Shown here: in pieces, positions 26,715-37,907 of the stretch | Position numbering within the stretch: the first letter of the stretch is position 1 | Layout of the letters: every line of letters begins with the position of its first letter | Source of the DNA: Phaeosaccion multiseriatum | Lineage: Eukaryota > Protista > Ochrophyta, other classes | Reading direction: 5' to 3' | Length of the DNA stretch: 64,000 nucleotides | Assembly: GCA_965112735.1 (NCBI GenBank) | Contig: OZ218961.1 | Coordinates: 62,001-126,000, forward strand | Notes under the pieces: generated by a model | What the model was told of the DNA's origin: nothing | Database searches by the model: none | What the model saw: only the letters and a program-made list of their open reading frames with translations | Made by a program: the position numbers and the translations under genes

Positions 26715-27372
26715 TAAAGAAAGTGTTTCCTCCCTTGTTGGTCTGGGGCCTCTTCTCTTGAGCGGCGGAGGATTCTAGCACGGTGACCAAGAGCGGGGAT
26801 GTCACGGCAAATCACGACGAGTCGAAGGGAGAAAGGTCGAGAAAGGGAGGAACATGAAAGAAATGGAGGGTGCAAAAAAATGTGAGTTTCAGCTGTGAGG
26901 GAACGGCAACGGCAAGTTCAACCGCCGGCTGCTCGGCCTAAAGGGCCAGTGTCACCTCAGAACCTTGTCAGGGGCCGAGAGGAGGAAGGGAAGAGTCGAA
27001 AAGAGGCCAGGGCTTCCCCTACTCCGCTCTACTGTAGCATCGATACTTTGCGTGGGAGGGCTTAGTGGTTGGGAGGACTTTGTTGAGGCAGGCGATTGAC
27101 GGCACGGTGGTCGCCTCGGATTTGCTTGCTTCAGAGCTTCACTGACTTCATACCGAGTGAGAGAGTGAGGGCCGCCTTGCCTTGGACTCTTGTGGCAGAA
27201 GGATATGGTCTTGCTGGTTGGATGGTTGCCCCCGCCCCGCCCTCCGGCAGAAGGCTTGTGAGGAAGTATGTATACCCACGGCACCTTTAGCCCCTGCCTT
27301 CTCGTTGGGCCACAGCAGGCGGAGCGCTCTCTGTTCTGCACAGGCTTAGCTAGCTTTCAGTGACGCATAGTA

Positions 27373-27577
27373 TCGGCCCCTGACATGCTTCTGAGACAGG
27401 CCAGCCCAGAAGCAGGAAGCAGGCCGGCTGGCGCCGGCCAGAAGCAGGAAGCAGCCTTGGCCCTCATCATGGCCTTATTACATGGCTGCTTTCCCCCAGA
27501 ACCTGGAACCTGCCTGGCCGGCTGGCGCCGGCTAGAAGCAGGAAGCAGGGTCGCCTCAGAAGCATGTCGGGGGCCGA
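27373..27577. mobile_element. MITE (205 bp), 23-bp TIR starting TCGGCCCCTGACA, 6-bp TSD ATAGTA
   Basis: TCGGCCCCTGACATGCTTCTGAG ... CTCAGAAGCATGTCGGGGGCCGA (1 mismatch); ATAGTA at 27367-27372 and 27578-27583. Confidence 0.85.
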
Positions 27578-27816
27578 ATAGTAGCCTAGCTACCGGAGCC
27601 TTCAACCGAGCTCCCGCAAAGCATGCTCCCGAATCAAGCAAGAGCGAAGAGAGGAAAGGGAGGGATGTCGAAGTGTTCCTTCGTGAAGGGGAGGGCCTGT
27701 AGGGAGATACACTATGTAAGGAGGGACAGGGAGATGTATGTGTTAATGTATTGCGGTGTGGCATGAGGGGTGAGGGGTGCCTCATCTCTCCTTTATGGTG
27801 ACAAAGCAGAGAGGAA

Positions 27817-28110
27817 CTAAGATTTGTAGTCTATGCCGGCGGCGTGCTGCCACCCGGATGGCAAGCCTTTAGGGGCGTGCTCCCACCCTTCCTGATAGAA
27901 GCTGTCGAGCTGTTTGTTGACGAACCAGGTGGATCTGTTGTGAGACCCGATGGTGTAGTACCCCTTACTGTCCATCAGCTGCTGGAGACGCTCGACGGCA
28001 GGGGTGCCTGTTTCCTTCCCGGTCTCTATGAGAACGACACCGAAGTGGTACCGCGTAAAGTCCACTGTCTCGAGCGAAGGTTCAGTACTCCGCCACATCG
28101 ACAGACGAGA
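27817..28110 (-). pseudogene. 3' fragment of an FkbM-family methyltransferase, frameshifted
   Basis: SVDV[frameshift]EPSLETVDFTRYHFGVVLIE...LQQLMDSKGY resembles the FkbM SxDVEGxE..L..xDF....F.v..iE motif; no upstream coding context. Confidence 0.6.
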
Positions 28111-29858
28111 TTGCGCACGACGGTGGTGCAGGATGTGTTTTCCTCTGCTTCGCCTACGAGCCCCCCAAAAGATCAGTCAAAGACGCCTTACGGAAGAAGC
28201 GGCGGCCGGGAGGACAGCGGAGCAGTGGCCCCGGCCCCACTGAAGAGCTCACCGACAGGCACTAAGAAGAAGGGGAAGCGAAGGAAGATGAAGAGTATTT
28301 CGTTGGTTTGGAAGAAGAGAGAAGGGAAGGAGAGCGCGGCGAAAGAGGGCGGGGCATCAACATCAGCGGTAGCAGCAGCCTCGACAAGTCGGCCGGAGAC
28401 AACGCCTACGGAGCGGAGAGAATCGGTGAAGCCGGAGCCTCCTGCGGGGAACGGTCAGCCTGACTGGCTGAAGGATCTAGGCATATCGTAGGATGAGAGG
28501 TCAGCCTGACTGGCTGAAGGATCTAGCGTATGGTAGGATGAGAATGTGCACTGGTGGGTGATTCAAATGAATGACTGCGGAGAGGGCGGAGGCGACGGGG
28601 ACTCAGAACGGAGTAGCTCCCCGGGGCGCACAGTTCGTTCGACCGCTTTTGGCCCTCTCTAGTTGTTTCAGGGAGCCTGTAGGGTAGGCTTTTCTTTGTT
28701 TGTGTTTTAGGTTCAGATTGGATTTATTTAAGGCCTAAAGGTCTCCCACATAAGCTGAAATTAAGCTGCCAATCGGATCCTTAATGAAGCCCTTAATTTA
28801 GCCCCAATTTGGCCTATTTAAGGGTTTTCGTTTTTGTGATGCAGCATGCGAATAGGCGAGGCTTTGTTGCGGAGTGGACGAAAGGAGCAGTGGGGAAAAA
28901 AGGAGGGGGGTGAGCCGTTGAAACGCCGCCATTTTTGGCGCAAAAAAATTTGGCCAAAAATTCATGGGGGGCTTTTTTTGAGAAATTCCCACCAAATTCG
29001 CAATCCGCCACAAGTCACCGGGTCTTTCTTTTCGTCTCACCGGCAGCCGGCCCCTTACGTGACCAGCAGCACCCCCAGAGGTGTGGGCCTTCTTGGTGGA
29101 GAGAGAGGGACGTCAGCAGGCTCGTCCCGCAGAGGTGAGTTTTTTGCGGAAGCAAGCCCCTTCTGTCCCTCCCTCCGCAAGACAGCAGGCACTCGAGGCC
29201 TGACCGAGGAGGCGGGCGGAGGGCAGGATTGTCGCTGAATGAAGCAGCCGGGGCGGGGGGGGGGGGGGGGGGGTCTTCGGCAGCGCGTGCCTTCTCCGCC
29301 CTGAAAAGAGAGTACCACAAGAAGAAGAAAAGAAGAATTTAAGGAGAAAGGGGGGAAGAAGAGAGGAGGAGAAGAGGATAGGCATACAGTAGGAGCAATG
29401 GGCCGCCGAAGCAGGTATCATGTGTGAAACAGCATGCAGTGCAGTGGCCCACTCCCCGAAGTCACAAGGCACCATGTGTGTAACCCCATTCTCCTCTTTT
29501 TCTTCCTCCTGCTATCACCTGCCCCCCCCCCCCCCAGAGAAAGAAGCGAGGCGTTCCCGCCAGCTGCTGTCGGCTGCTACAGCGTGAGTCAGAGCAGCAG
29601 CGGAAGAGTGCCCCCCAAGAGAACGGTAAGGGGCAAAAAGCTGTCACTCTTCCCCTCTGCTGCTTTTGCGGTGATGGTCAACTCACCTGTACCTGCCTCC
29701 TCTGCCTCACCCGCGCCGCCAATGGCCTGTCTCTCCTTCTGCAACCAGCCAACCAAGGATAAGGGACCACGCCTCGCCCCCCCGCGGGAAGGAGTCGGGG
29801 TGTAGACGCCTGCGCGGGTGGCGCCAGCAGCGGTGCCGGCAGCGGTGCCTAGCAACAT

Positions 29859-29895
<37 letters not shown>

Positions 29896-30057
29896 TGAGG
29901 GCGGAGGGCAGTAGTAGGAGATGCGATGTGCTCGGGTGGCGGGAGTGAGGGAAGGGAGGAAGGAGGGGAGGGGGGGGGGTGTCCTTTTTTTCTTTAGTAT
30001 CACCACCAACCCTTGCCTCTTTTTTTTCACACACACCTTGAGCAGGAGGGGACGTCC

Positions 30058-33000
30058 ATGGACCCCACAAAGGAGCAGGAGCAGCCCCCCCCTCCCAACA
30101 AGGCCTCCGGGGAGAAGAGAGGACAAGGCCCTTCTCTGTCCACAGCCTCGGGGCAGAAGAAGAAGCACCAGGCCTCGAAGCAGGCCTCGTGGAAAGACTT
30201 GTTTCCCCTCACCAGCAGCAGCAGCGGCGGCAGCAGCGGCAGCAACAACCCTGCGAGGGCAGGAGGGGGCGGGGGGGGGAGTTGGAGCAAATTCGACATC
30301 AGCAGCAGCAGTGGCAGCGGAGGCGCCTCAGCTGGATGCCTCCCCGGACTGGCGCACCGCGACGACGGTGGTGAGGGTGGGCAACTTGACCCCATTGAGG
30401 TGTGCGACAGCGCTGACGACGATGAACGGGAGAACATCCCCTCAGGCACAGCGGCGCCCAGTGCAGGACGGAAACTGGCTAGTGCCACGGTTGGGAGCAG
30501 GGGCGGCAGCAGCGGCAGCAACAACCGTGCGAGGGCAGGAGGGGGCGGGGGGGGGAGGGGGAGCACATTCGACATCAGCAGCAGCAGTGGCAGCGGAGGC
30601 GCCTCAGCTGGATGCCTCCCCGGACTGGCGCACCGCGACGACGGTGGTGAGGGTGGGCAACTTGACCCCATTGAGGTGTGCGACAGCGCTGACGACGATG
30701 AACGGGAGAACATCCCCTCAGGCACAGCGGCGCCCAGTGCAGGACGGAAACTGGCTAGTGCCACGGTTGGGAGCAGGGGCGGCAGCAGCGGCAGCAACAA
30801 CCGTGCGAGGGCAGGAGGGGGCGGGGGGGGGAGGGGGAGCACATTCGACATCAGCAGCAGCACCAACACCACCAGCGGTGACAGCGGGAAGGTGTGGGTT
30901 CCTTCCAAGGCGGTGCGCCTGCGAAAGGTCGCGTCCATTGGAAGAAGGCAGGATAGCGGCAATGGCACTTCTTTCTACCCCATCCAGCTGGAGGGGGAGG
31001 TCATAGTCCATGAGGATGGTGCCAACGCCTGGCAGAATGTCAAGGTGGCAGCGGAGGACAAGGAGAGGCTCGTGTGGTGGCGCCGTGACAACCCCGACGC
31101 CAGCAACGTAAAGTGTGTGAACGCTCACGTGCAGTTGGTTGTCGAGCCCACAATGAAGTCCCTCGATTATCCGGGTGTCCCGGTCGACGACATGGACTCC
31201 TTCTCGAGCAAGCTCTTCGTCGCCCACCATGGGGACTTTGAGGACCTGACATTGGCGTTCGTGTGTGACTTCGTGTCGGTTCGCTCCCATGACGAGGGAA
31301 ATGCGCCATTTACTGCCAAGTGGCGAGGGCCACAGAATGTGGCGGGCACCGCCATGCTCAACCTCGTTGGCCATCCTATGCCAGCCACAGAGGAGAGCGG
31401 CGGCAGCTACCGAACAACCCGAAGGAATGTCACACGCCTGCCGCCCAGTCTGGTCAGGATTGGGGGCGACCTCCTGAAGGAGCTGCTGGGGCTTCTGAAG
31501 CCCACTGGGGTCCTGGGCCTCTCCCGCACCGGGTATATCCGCAAGGAAATTGAGAAGGCAGCGGCAGCGTTCCCAGTGTTGTGGAGTGCCAACCCGTCAG
31601 GCTGGTATCACGACTTTTTGGCGCTCCCCGAAACCGCCCAGCTGATGCGGTTTGGGGAGCACGTCAATAGGTGCATTCTGGAGGACGTGAAGAAGAAGAC
31701 CATGGTGAAGGCAGTGGTGAGCACCCTGGACCAGAAGGCAGTGGTGAGCACCCTGGACCAGCTGCGGCTCGCACTTTCGCCGGGAGAGTGCGTCATGACC
31801 CTCAACACAATCATGAACGCCCTCTGCGAGTCCGGAAAGGAGGGAGAGGCCATCAACTTACTCGAACAGGCCCTGCCGATGACCGCTGACCTCGCCCGCG
31901 CCCACCCTGGCACCCCATGCCTCGAGCCCATCATATTCACCCGGGGCATTGACGCGTCCAGCGGCAGACTGCGCAGGCTGGATGCGGAGCTCGCCTTGAG
32001 GGTGCTACGGGCGATACAGCACCACGGAGCCGTGCTCTCGCTCACCATGACCTGCTTATCCGCAGCGACTTGGGAGGCCTTCCTCGCCCTTGATGGGACA
32101 CTGGAGACCTTGGAGAAGCTCTCAATCAGTGCTGCAAAGCGTACGCCTGATATTCATGATGGTCCCCTCCGCGCGCCCGCCCCGAGCGAAGTCATGAGCC
32201 TTCTGCCTTCCCTCAGGTCCTACACTGGGCCACTGGGCCCATACCCCGAGGGGGAGCGAGTCATATATCCCAACACCGATGGGCAGCTCAAGATCCTCGT
32301 TAACACCTCTCACGACACAGATGCGGTGGTGGACGATGCCAAGAAGGCTTATCCCAATGTATCCCGAATTTCGACATGGAGCTACAGCGAAGGGGAAAGG
32401 GCCTTTGTGAAGAATGCCGCCGGGGTGTGGGTTTCCAAGTCCCATCACCATGCTAGTGAGTTAGACATTGCTGGTCGTTGACAATGTGTGATGTGTGTTT
32501 GTCTGTTGGAGTGGTGTGCGTGTGAATGTGTGTGTGTGTGTGGGTGGGTGTGCGTGCTGTGTGCTATGGGTGTTGCTGGCGCTGTTTCCATCACGCTTTG
32601 GCTGTAATTGACGCCGTCCCCGGTGTGTCACCTCTCTCCCCCCACCACCCCCACCCGAAAGGCATGGCAGCGGCAGCGTCGAAGGGCTTTAGATGCTCGC
32701 TGGGCGATGCCTGTGACGGAGATGCTCGGGCACTCCTCGGTGTGCGCGATAGCGCCAAAGCCGCCAAACTGCATGGCACTTGCCGTGGCGAGCTCAAGTC
32801 CGTGAAGGCAGCGGAAGCAGGTGAGTTAGACATTGCTGGTCGTTGACAATGTGTGATGTGTGTTTGTCTGTTGGAGTGTGTGGTGTACATGGACAAAATC
32901 AGTTGAAACTCACCAATCCTGTTGTGATGGAGCGAGTGTGCATGTGTTGTTTGTGCGTGCGTGTGTGTGGCTTGACTCGCTCGCCCGTGCCCGCTCTCCC

Positions 33001-34900
33001 TTCCGCTTATCCTCCATCCTGTCTCTCTGGCCGACCGCTGTTGCCATGTGACCGCTTGACATTCGCTCAACAACAGGCAGCGCGGGAGGTACGTGGGAAA
33101 AATAGGAGTCCGGCTATACATTCTTCCGTGTTGCCGTGTGTGTGGGTGGGGGTGCATATGCATGCATGTGTGTGTGTGTGTGTTTATGTTTGTGATGTGT
33201 GTTTGTCTGTTGGAGTGGTGTGCGTGTGAATGTGTGTGTGTGTGTGGGTGGGTGTGCGTGCTGTGTGCTATGGGTGTTGCTGGCGCTGTTTCCATCACGC
33301 TTTGGCTGTAATTGACGCCGTCCCCGGTGTGTCACCTCTCTCCCCCCACCACCCCCACCCGAAAGGCATGGCAGTGGCAGCGTCGAAGGGCTTTAGATGC
33401 TCGCTGGGCGATGCCTGTGACGGAGATGCTCGGGCACTCCTCGGTGTGCGCGATAGCGCCAAAGCCGCCAAACTGCATGACCTTACCGCTTGCCCTGGCG
33501 AGCTCAAGTCCGTGAAGGCAGCGGAACGTGGTGAGTTGGTCGTGGACAATGTGTGTGTGTGCGCGCGTGTGAATGAATTGTGTGCTTGTGGGTGGGTGTG
33601 GGTGTGGGTGTGGGTGAAAGAGAGAGCAAAGCAAAGAGTGGGGGGTGCGTATGTCTGTATGTCTGTGTATGTGTGTGTGTGTGTGTGCGAGTGTGCGTGT
33701 GTTGTTTGTGCGTGCGTGTGTGCTATGGGTGTTGCTGGCGCTGTTTCCATCACGCTTTGGCTGTAATTGACGCCGTCCCCGGTGTGTCACCTCTCTCCCC
33801 CCACCACCCCCACCCGAAAGGCATGGCAGTGGCAGCGTCGAAGGGCTTTAGATGCTCGCTGGGCGATGCCTGTGACGGAGATGCTCGGGCACTCCTCGGT
33901 GTGCGCGATGAGGAGGAAGCCGCCGAACTGCATGACCTTACCACTTGCCCTGGCGAGCTCAAGTCGGTGCATGCTGCGGTAGCTGGTGAGTTAGACATTG
34001 CTGGTCGTTGACAATGTGTGATGTGTGTTTGTCTGTTGGAGTGGTGTACATGGACAAAATCAGTTGAAACTCACCAATCCTGTTGTGATGGAGCGAGTGT
34101 GCATGTGTTGTTTGTGCGTGCGTGTGTGTGGCTTGACTCGCTCGCCCGTGCCCGCTCTCCCTTCCGCTTATCCTCCATCCTGTCTCTCTGGCCGACCGCT
34201 GTTGCCATGTGACCGCTTGACATTCGCTCAACAACAGGCAGCGCGTCAGGTACGTGGGGAAAATAGGAGTCCGGCTATACATTCTTCCGTGTTGCCGTGT
34301 GTGTGGGTGGGGGTGCATATGCATGCATGTGTGTGTGTGTGTGTGTGTTTAAAGTGCGTGCGATGCAAGGACTGCCTTCGTATCCTGTGCGCGTCCCCTC
34401 CTTTGAAGCGGGAGAGATGAGCTGAGCCTCCTTTTCCCGTTCCGTCTCTTCCTCTTCTCGTACTGAAACAGAACTTAACTCCCCAATCCCCACGTGTTTT
34501 ATGTGTTTCAGGCGGAATAGCAAGGAAAAGGAAGCCTAGTTCTCTAACGGTCCAGATGTCGTGGCGATGGAAGGGTGAGGAAGTCCTCAACCATGAGGTA
34601 ACCATGACCGTGTGGAAGAAGCAAGCCCGTGTGAACCTGCCCCGAGGACTTCTCAGACGCATGGATCTGCTACCCAAAGCAGAGGGTAGTAGCGTGTTCT
34701 TCGGGGACTTTGGCGTGACCAAGGACATGGTGCTGGTAGGGAAAGAGGTGGTGTCAAAACCAGGGGGGGGCAAGCTGAAGGATCTTGATCTGCAGGGGAC
34801 AGCCTCGAGGGCATCCGATACGCCGCAGCGCAAGCGAGGCAAGAGGAAGAGCAAGAGCGGCGGCGGGGAGGCAGCAGCAGCGGCAGCAGCAACAAGCTGA
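30058..34900 (+). CDS. Orphan multi-domain protein (F-box-like, PPR-like and LRR-like segments plus three Cys/His modules); exons 30058-32455, 32662-32820, 33366-33530, 33821-33985, 34512-34900
   Basis: An 800-codon first exon; all four introns have GTGAGT donors and AG acceptors in phase 1, giving a continuous frame to TGA 34900. Domain calls come from visual motif resemblance only. Confidence 0.65.
30226..30861 (+). repeat. 276-bp (92-aa) in-frame tandem duplication, ~2.3 near-identical copies
   Basis: ATTCGACATCAGC recurs at 30291, 30567 and 30843. Confidence 0.95.
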
Positions 34901-34954
34901 CCGGCCCGGGGATTGACGGCAGCGTGGCGAGCCTGGGCATTGGCGGTAGCAGCG

Positions 34955-34987
<33 letters not shown>

Positions 34988-35687
34988 ACAGCAGCAGTAG
35001 CAGCAGCAGCAGCAGTAGCAGCAGCAGCACCATCCAGTAGAGACGAGCTGATAGGCCATCATGTGAGAGAAGTATTGCGTCGACAGCTTGGCGTTGCTGG
35101 AGTTGATCTCGGGCACGTCGGCCAAAGCAGCCTTCAATGTGCAGTGTGTTTTGAAAATTGTGGGTGGGGGTAGGAATTGACAGGCAGGCAGACAGGACAG
35201 AGTTTTTCCAGCAGAGCGAGTTTAGAGTCGATAGATCAAAAACATTTTTTTCAGGTAGGGAAGGACCGGCAGATTAGAAGGAGAAAATGGATGTGTAGAA
35301 GGCAGGGCATGCGTACGCCGGCTGGCGCAACGGCCCAACGGCCTTACGTAGCACACACACACGAGGCTCACCCAACAGGGGTACAAGGAGTCAGCCCTAA
35401 GCAATCACTACTGTGAAAGAGGAAGAGGAGCCAGAGGCGCTGCCTGTGCTACCACCGCTGTTACTGCCTGCTATGCCGCTGACGCTGCGGTGCTGTTCCG
35501 GTTGCTGCTACTACTGCCCTTTGGTGCGCCTTGCTGGGGTTTGCCCCCCGCCGCAGCCTTGAGAAAGGAGACAGCTCCACCCGCATCAAGTCAGGCTGGT
35601 TGCGCTCAGTAAGGCACTCGACGGTAGAGGACGGACGGAGGGAGGGAGGGAGGGAGGGGCTTCTCACAGGCAAAAGCCACTTGCGTA

Positions 35688-35850
35688 TTACAACTTGCCC
35701 TTGCTAAGCTCTGCATCCAGCTGAGCGAAGTGCTCGAAACCGTAAATGGCATCGTCCGTAGCCATCACCTCCCTGATGCTGTGCATGGACAGCTGCGGGG
35801 ACCCCACGTCCACGGTGCGGATGCCCGACAGACAGGTGTAGCCAATCCCG
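35688..35850 (-). pseudogene. C-terminal fragment of aspartyl aminopeptidase (peptidase M18, DNPEP-like)
   Basis: LSGIRTVDVGSPQLSMHSIREVMATDD...*, matching the M18 D.G.PQL.MHSIRE motif; below the ORF-track cutoff. Confidence 0.75.
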
Positions 35851-35904
35851 CTATCGCTAGCAAGTCGGAAAGTGAGCCAATATTTGAAGAGATGGGTGCA
35901 AGGT

Positions 35905-36110
35905 TGTAAAGTTTGGAGGCCTTGCCTCAGCTCTAGTAAAGAACCGAGTCTCCTTTAGCTTTAGGGTGGATAAGCTAAGAGTGAGGGAGCGCCACAGACT
36001 ACTACTCCCGGTGGGCTGTGTGCCACCTCATTGTGCCACGTAAGATGTCATATGGGCATGGTGACAGTTACACGTACTAAGGCAATGAATATGAGGCTGT
36101 AGGGGCAACA
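35905..36110 (-). repeat. 3' LTR (206 bp, TG...CA)
   Basis: Minus strand TGTTGC...TTTACA directly after the PPT; no partner LTR in the window, so the outer boundary is inferred. Confidence 0.7.
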
Positions 36111-37907
36111 CTTCCCCCTCGAGAGAGAAGCTCGACTAACGAGAGCGTGACTAAACTAAATGCTAAAAGAGAAGATGAGAGAGAGAGAGAACATGTTCAT
36201 ATGAATAAAAGTAACCAAAAAGGGTTCCCGAAGGGTTTCCTTATCGGCGGCCTGCTCGCGGGCGTCGGCGTGACGAGGGGCCGCGAGACCGAAGGAAGCG
36301 CTTAGCATCCTCCGCCAAAGAGCGACGAGGGAAAGAGGAGAGGAATTGCTCTAAAAGAGCAGGAACGTCATCATTCATGACTGTCAAAGGTTCCCAAGTA
36401 TCGTCGGTGGCATTGAAGCCCTTCCAGGAGGTGTGAACCTGCCAGGGAGCGCCTTGAGAGGGACGTTGTAGGTCCTTGAAGGCGGAGACGACCCAGGTGG
36501 CTGAGTCGTGTGAGATCTGCTTAAGTAGCTCAGTACTGTCATTGAGATGCTGATCAGCGTAGTAGCGCAAGCGGCAAGCGTGCACTTCAGAGGTTTGCTT
36601 CGAGACAAGGTGTTGCACTTTGTAGACCAGAGTGTCAATCTCCTCCAGCACTTTATAAGGGCCTTGCCACACTCCAGAGAGCTTGGAGTAGCGGCTGTTG
36701 GAAGCGACAAGGACATAGATGCCCGGCATGTAGAGGCCTTCGTAGTTGAGGGCAGCCGAGAGAGCCAGCTCCTTGCGGTGTTGATGTCCAAGACGAGTAG
36801 TGTCCAGACGACGATTGTGACGGTCGCGAGCCGTCGCCCGCGAGCGCTCAAGTTGAGCAGCAACCCGTTCGTGTCTCTCTTCAAGAACCGCTTGCAGCTG
36901 AGCACCATAGTGGTTGAGCTATTCAAGAGTTGGCGGCGAGGATTGGAAGTCAACATCGAAGCTGTCGCCCTGTTGCAAGACGATATCAAGTGGAGTCGTC
37001 GAACGTAGGCCAGTGTGCAGAAAGAGTGGAGTCTCTTTGCGGGTCGAGCTGATCGTGGTGTTGATGGCAGCTTGGACCAGAGGTGTGATCAGATTGTAGT
37101 CGTCCGCGTCAATGCGAAACTCAGAGAGGAGAGAGCGGTAGACTGAAACGACAGTGCGTACAGCTCGTTCAGCGAGACCATTACTCCAAGCAGAGTATGG
37201 AGCCGAGAAGCGATGTTTGGCGCGAAGCTCAGTCGCTAGGCGCTTCATCACATGGTTGAGGAAGTGACTGCCTCGGTCACTCTGCCACTTGCTCACTACT
37301 CCAAATGTGCTGAACCAGCGCATCAATCCACCAACAGCTGCGTCTGCAGTGGTGGAAGCGCATTCGTTGAGCATGGTATAACCACTGAAGGCATCCTGGA
37401 TGACCAACAGGTATGGCAAGGAAGTGCAGCCCAAGTCATGCATGTGGACGAAGTCGAAATGAATCATCTGATTGGGCTTGGTAGGGTGGACCGCACCGCG
37501 AAGAGGGCGAGGTATACGATGCCCATGGGAGTTGGTGAGGCAATGGAGGCAGAGGTCAACAAAGCGAGTCAGGTCGGCACCAATGGTGTGCCAGTGGAAT
37601 CGTTCCGAGAGAACGGAGAGAGTGGTGTCGGCAGCGCGATGCCCTGCCGATCCTTGATGTGCAATGACAGAGAGTCGGACTTGTAGGTCAATGTCGTCAT
37701 TGGGTATCCACAGAGGACGTGAAGACGGCGATTGAGGTACCACAATGGCGTCGAAGTTAGCATCATGCTCCAAAGAAGCAAGGTGCTGCTGAGCTGCAAG
37801 CGCTTCGAGAGTGAGCGTGCCTTGGGCAGCCGCTTGAGAAGAGCGAATCTCCGCGAGAGAGGGCCACTCAAAGTCACTGTCCATGGACTGCGACGCTGGT
37901 GGACCAC
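35905..37907 (-). mobile_element. 5'-truncated Ty3/Gypsy chromovirus LTR retrotransposon: integrase + chromodomain, PPT, 3' LTR
   Basis: H...H...CLHC zinc finger; HFDF, SDRGSHF and SNGLAER (DDE core); WQGPYKV; chromodomain VHTSWKGFNATDDTWEPL. One in-frame TAG at 36919-36921. PPT GAGGGGGAAG at 36120-36111. Confidence 0.92.

Noticed and set aside
26935-28741. GGCCTAAAGG direct repeat as the TSD of a large element
   Set aside because: No terminal inverted repeats inside it; could be chance.
29760-29894. Upstream coding exon for the 30058 gene
   Set aside because: A donor and acceptor exist, but an in-frame TAG precedes the poly-Gln; probably 5' UTR or decayed.
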